Of a stretch of DNA of 64,000 bases, positions 62,933-64,000 are shown one piece after another. The notes below the pieces were generated by a model that worked only from the letters and a program-made list of their open reading frames with translations, had not been told where the DNA came from and did not search any database. The stretch's first letter is position 1. Every line of letters begins with the position of its first letter. Position numbers and translations under genes: made by a program. Source of the DNA: Felis catus (lineage: Eukaryota); NCBI RefSeq assembly GCF_018350175.1, contig NC_058376.1, forward strand, positions 96,720,001 to 96,784,000, read 5' to 3'.

Positions 62933-63355
62933 TGTGATAGCTAATATTATGTGTAAATTTGACTGGGAGATGGTGCCCAGATATGTGGTCAAACATTATT
63001 CTTGATGTTTCGGTGAGGGTGTTTTTGGATGAGATTTATGTTTAAACTGGGTGACTTTGAATGAGAATTGTCCTCCATAATGTAGGTAGGCCACATTCAG
63101 TTGAAAGCCTAAATAGAATAAACAACAAAAACAGAAAAAAAAACTTGGCCTCCTATGAGCAAGAGGAAATTCCACAACAGAGGGCCTTTGGAACTGAACT
63201 ACAACATTGGGTCCTTCCTGGGTCTCCAGATTAGTGGACTTTGGACTTGGTCAGCAGTATTGGTTGTTTCAAGCATCTCCAGACTCTTGGCCAACCCTAT
63301 AATAGATGGACTTGCCAGCTTCCATAATCATGTGTGCTAATTCCTTGAAACTATA
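62933..63355 (+). mobile_element. MLT2 (ERVL) LTR
   Basis: tgtgatagctaatattatgtgtaaatttgactgg...gcccagatatgtggtcaaacattatt...gacttgccagcttccataatcatgtg. Confidence 0.88.
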
Positions 63356-63479
63356 AATATAGTTTATATCAAACTATATATAAAACTATATAGTTGTATA
63401 TACACATAAATACATATAAAATATTACACACTGAAATATTATTACCACTTTATAATAATAAAGTTACAACACTTATAAA

Positions 63480-64000
63480 TTTATTGACATTAATCATTCT
63501 CTATGTACAAGGAAGTTAAATTACAAATAACTAACAGAAAAACATATGAACAAAATCCAAATGTTTATAAAGTAAACAGCCACTTGTAAATATCTCGTGA
63601 CTCAAAAATAAACCATAACAGATTATTTTAAAATAAGTGAACATGAAAAAAGATATATCAAAATTTGTAGGTTGTAGCTAAAGCTACCATCAGAGGAAAA
63701 ACTATAGTCTCAAAAGTTCCTATAAAGAGAAGACAAAGTTTTAAAATCAATTATCTGAGCATCCATCTTGAAAAATGTAAATAAAAGAAGAGCAAATTAA
63801 ATTCAAACTAAGTAGGATAAAAGAAATAATATAGACAATAGCAGATATCAATGAAATATAAAACAGATAAATGTATAATAGCAATTAGACCAAAAGCTGG
63901 ACACTTAAAATCTTGATAAATATTTTAAAGAATTGGTAGATATTTAGCTAGAACGATCAGCAAAAAAAGAAAAGGATACTCAAATTACTAACATAAGGAC
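63480..64000 (+). mobile_element. Ancient L1 ORF2 fragment, runs off the window
   Basis: atatcaaaatttgtaggttgtagctaaagc...aaaatcaattatctgagcatccatcttgaaaa...caaaagctgg. Confidence 0.75.

Noticed and set aside
15810-63355. Two same-strand MLT2 LTRs as the ends of one provirus
   Set aside because: They are 47 kb apart, clearly divergent from each other, and there is no ERVL internal sequence between them
63350-63420. AT-rich palindromes (aaactata-aa-tatagttt)
   Set aside because: Low-complexity (TA)-derived sequence typical of MLT2 3' regions

Overview
This is AT-rich mammalian genomic DNA from a felid: it carries 19 tRNA-derived Can-SINEs, most of the SINEC_Fc type, many with readable target-site duplications (TSDs). 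It is a draft assembly with six N-gaps. Much of the window is transposable-element debris: ancient L1M, L2 and MIR fragments, MaLR/ERVL/ERV1 solo LTRs, two Tigger2a elements, a MER112-like element and carnivore L1 3' ends. I recognise no protein-coding gene. The long ORFs in the track run through SINEs, L1s, N-gaps or low-complexity DNA. A few short + strand segments have good splice signals (882-980, 1195-1246, 20216-20405, 60082-60140) and may belong to an unidentified gene or lncRNA. The most notable structures are: a twin-primed (5'-inverted) L1 with a possible 3' transduction; a perfect 14-bp inverted repeat that forms two STAT/GAS sites 13 bp apart; a pair of abutting hairpins at 44.7 kb; and three short direct-plus-inverted repeat scars that look like templated-insertion DNA repair. 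I found no convincing evidence for a wholly new biological system. Repeat family names come from recalled consensus sequences, and boundaries of old repeats are approximate.
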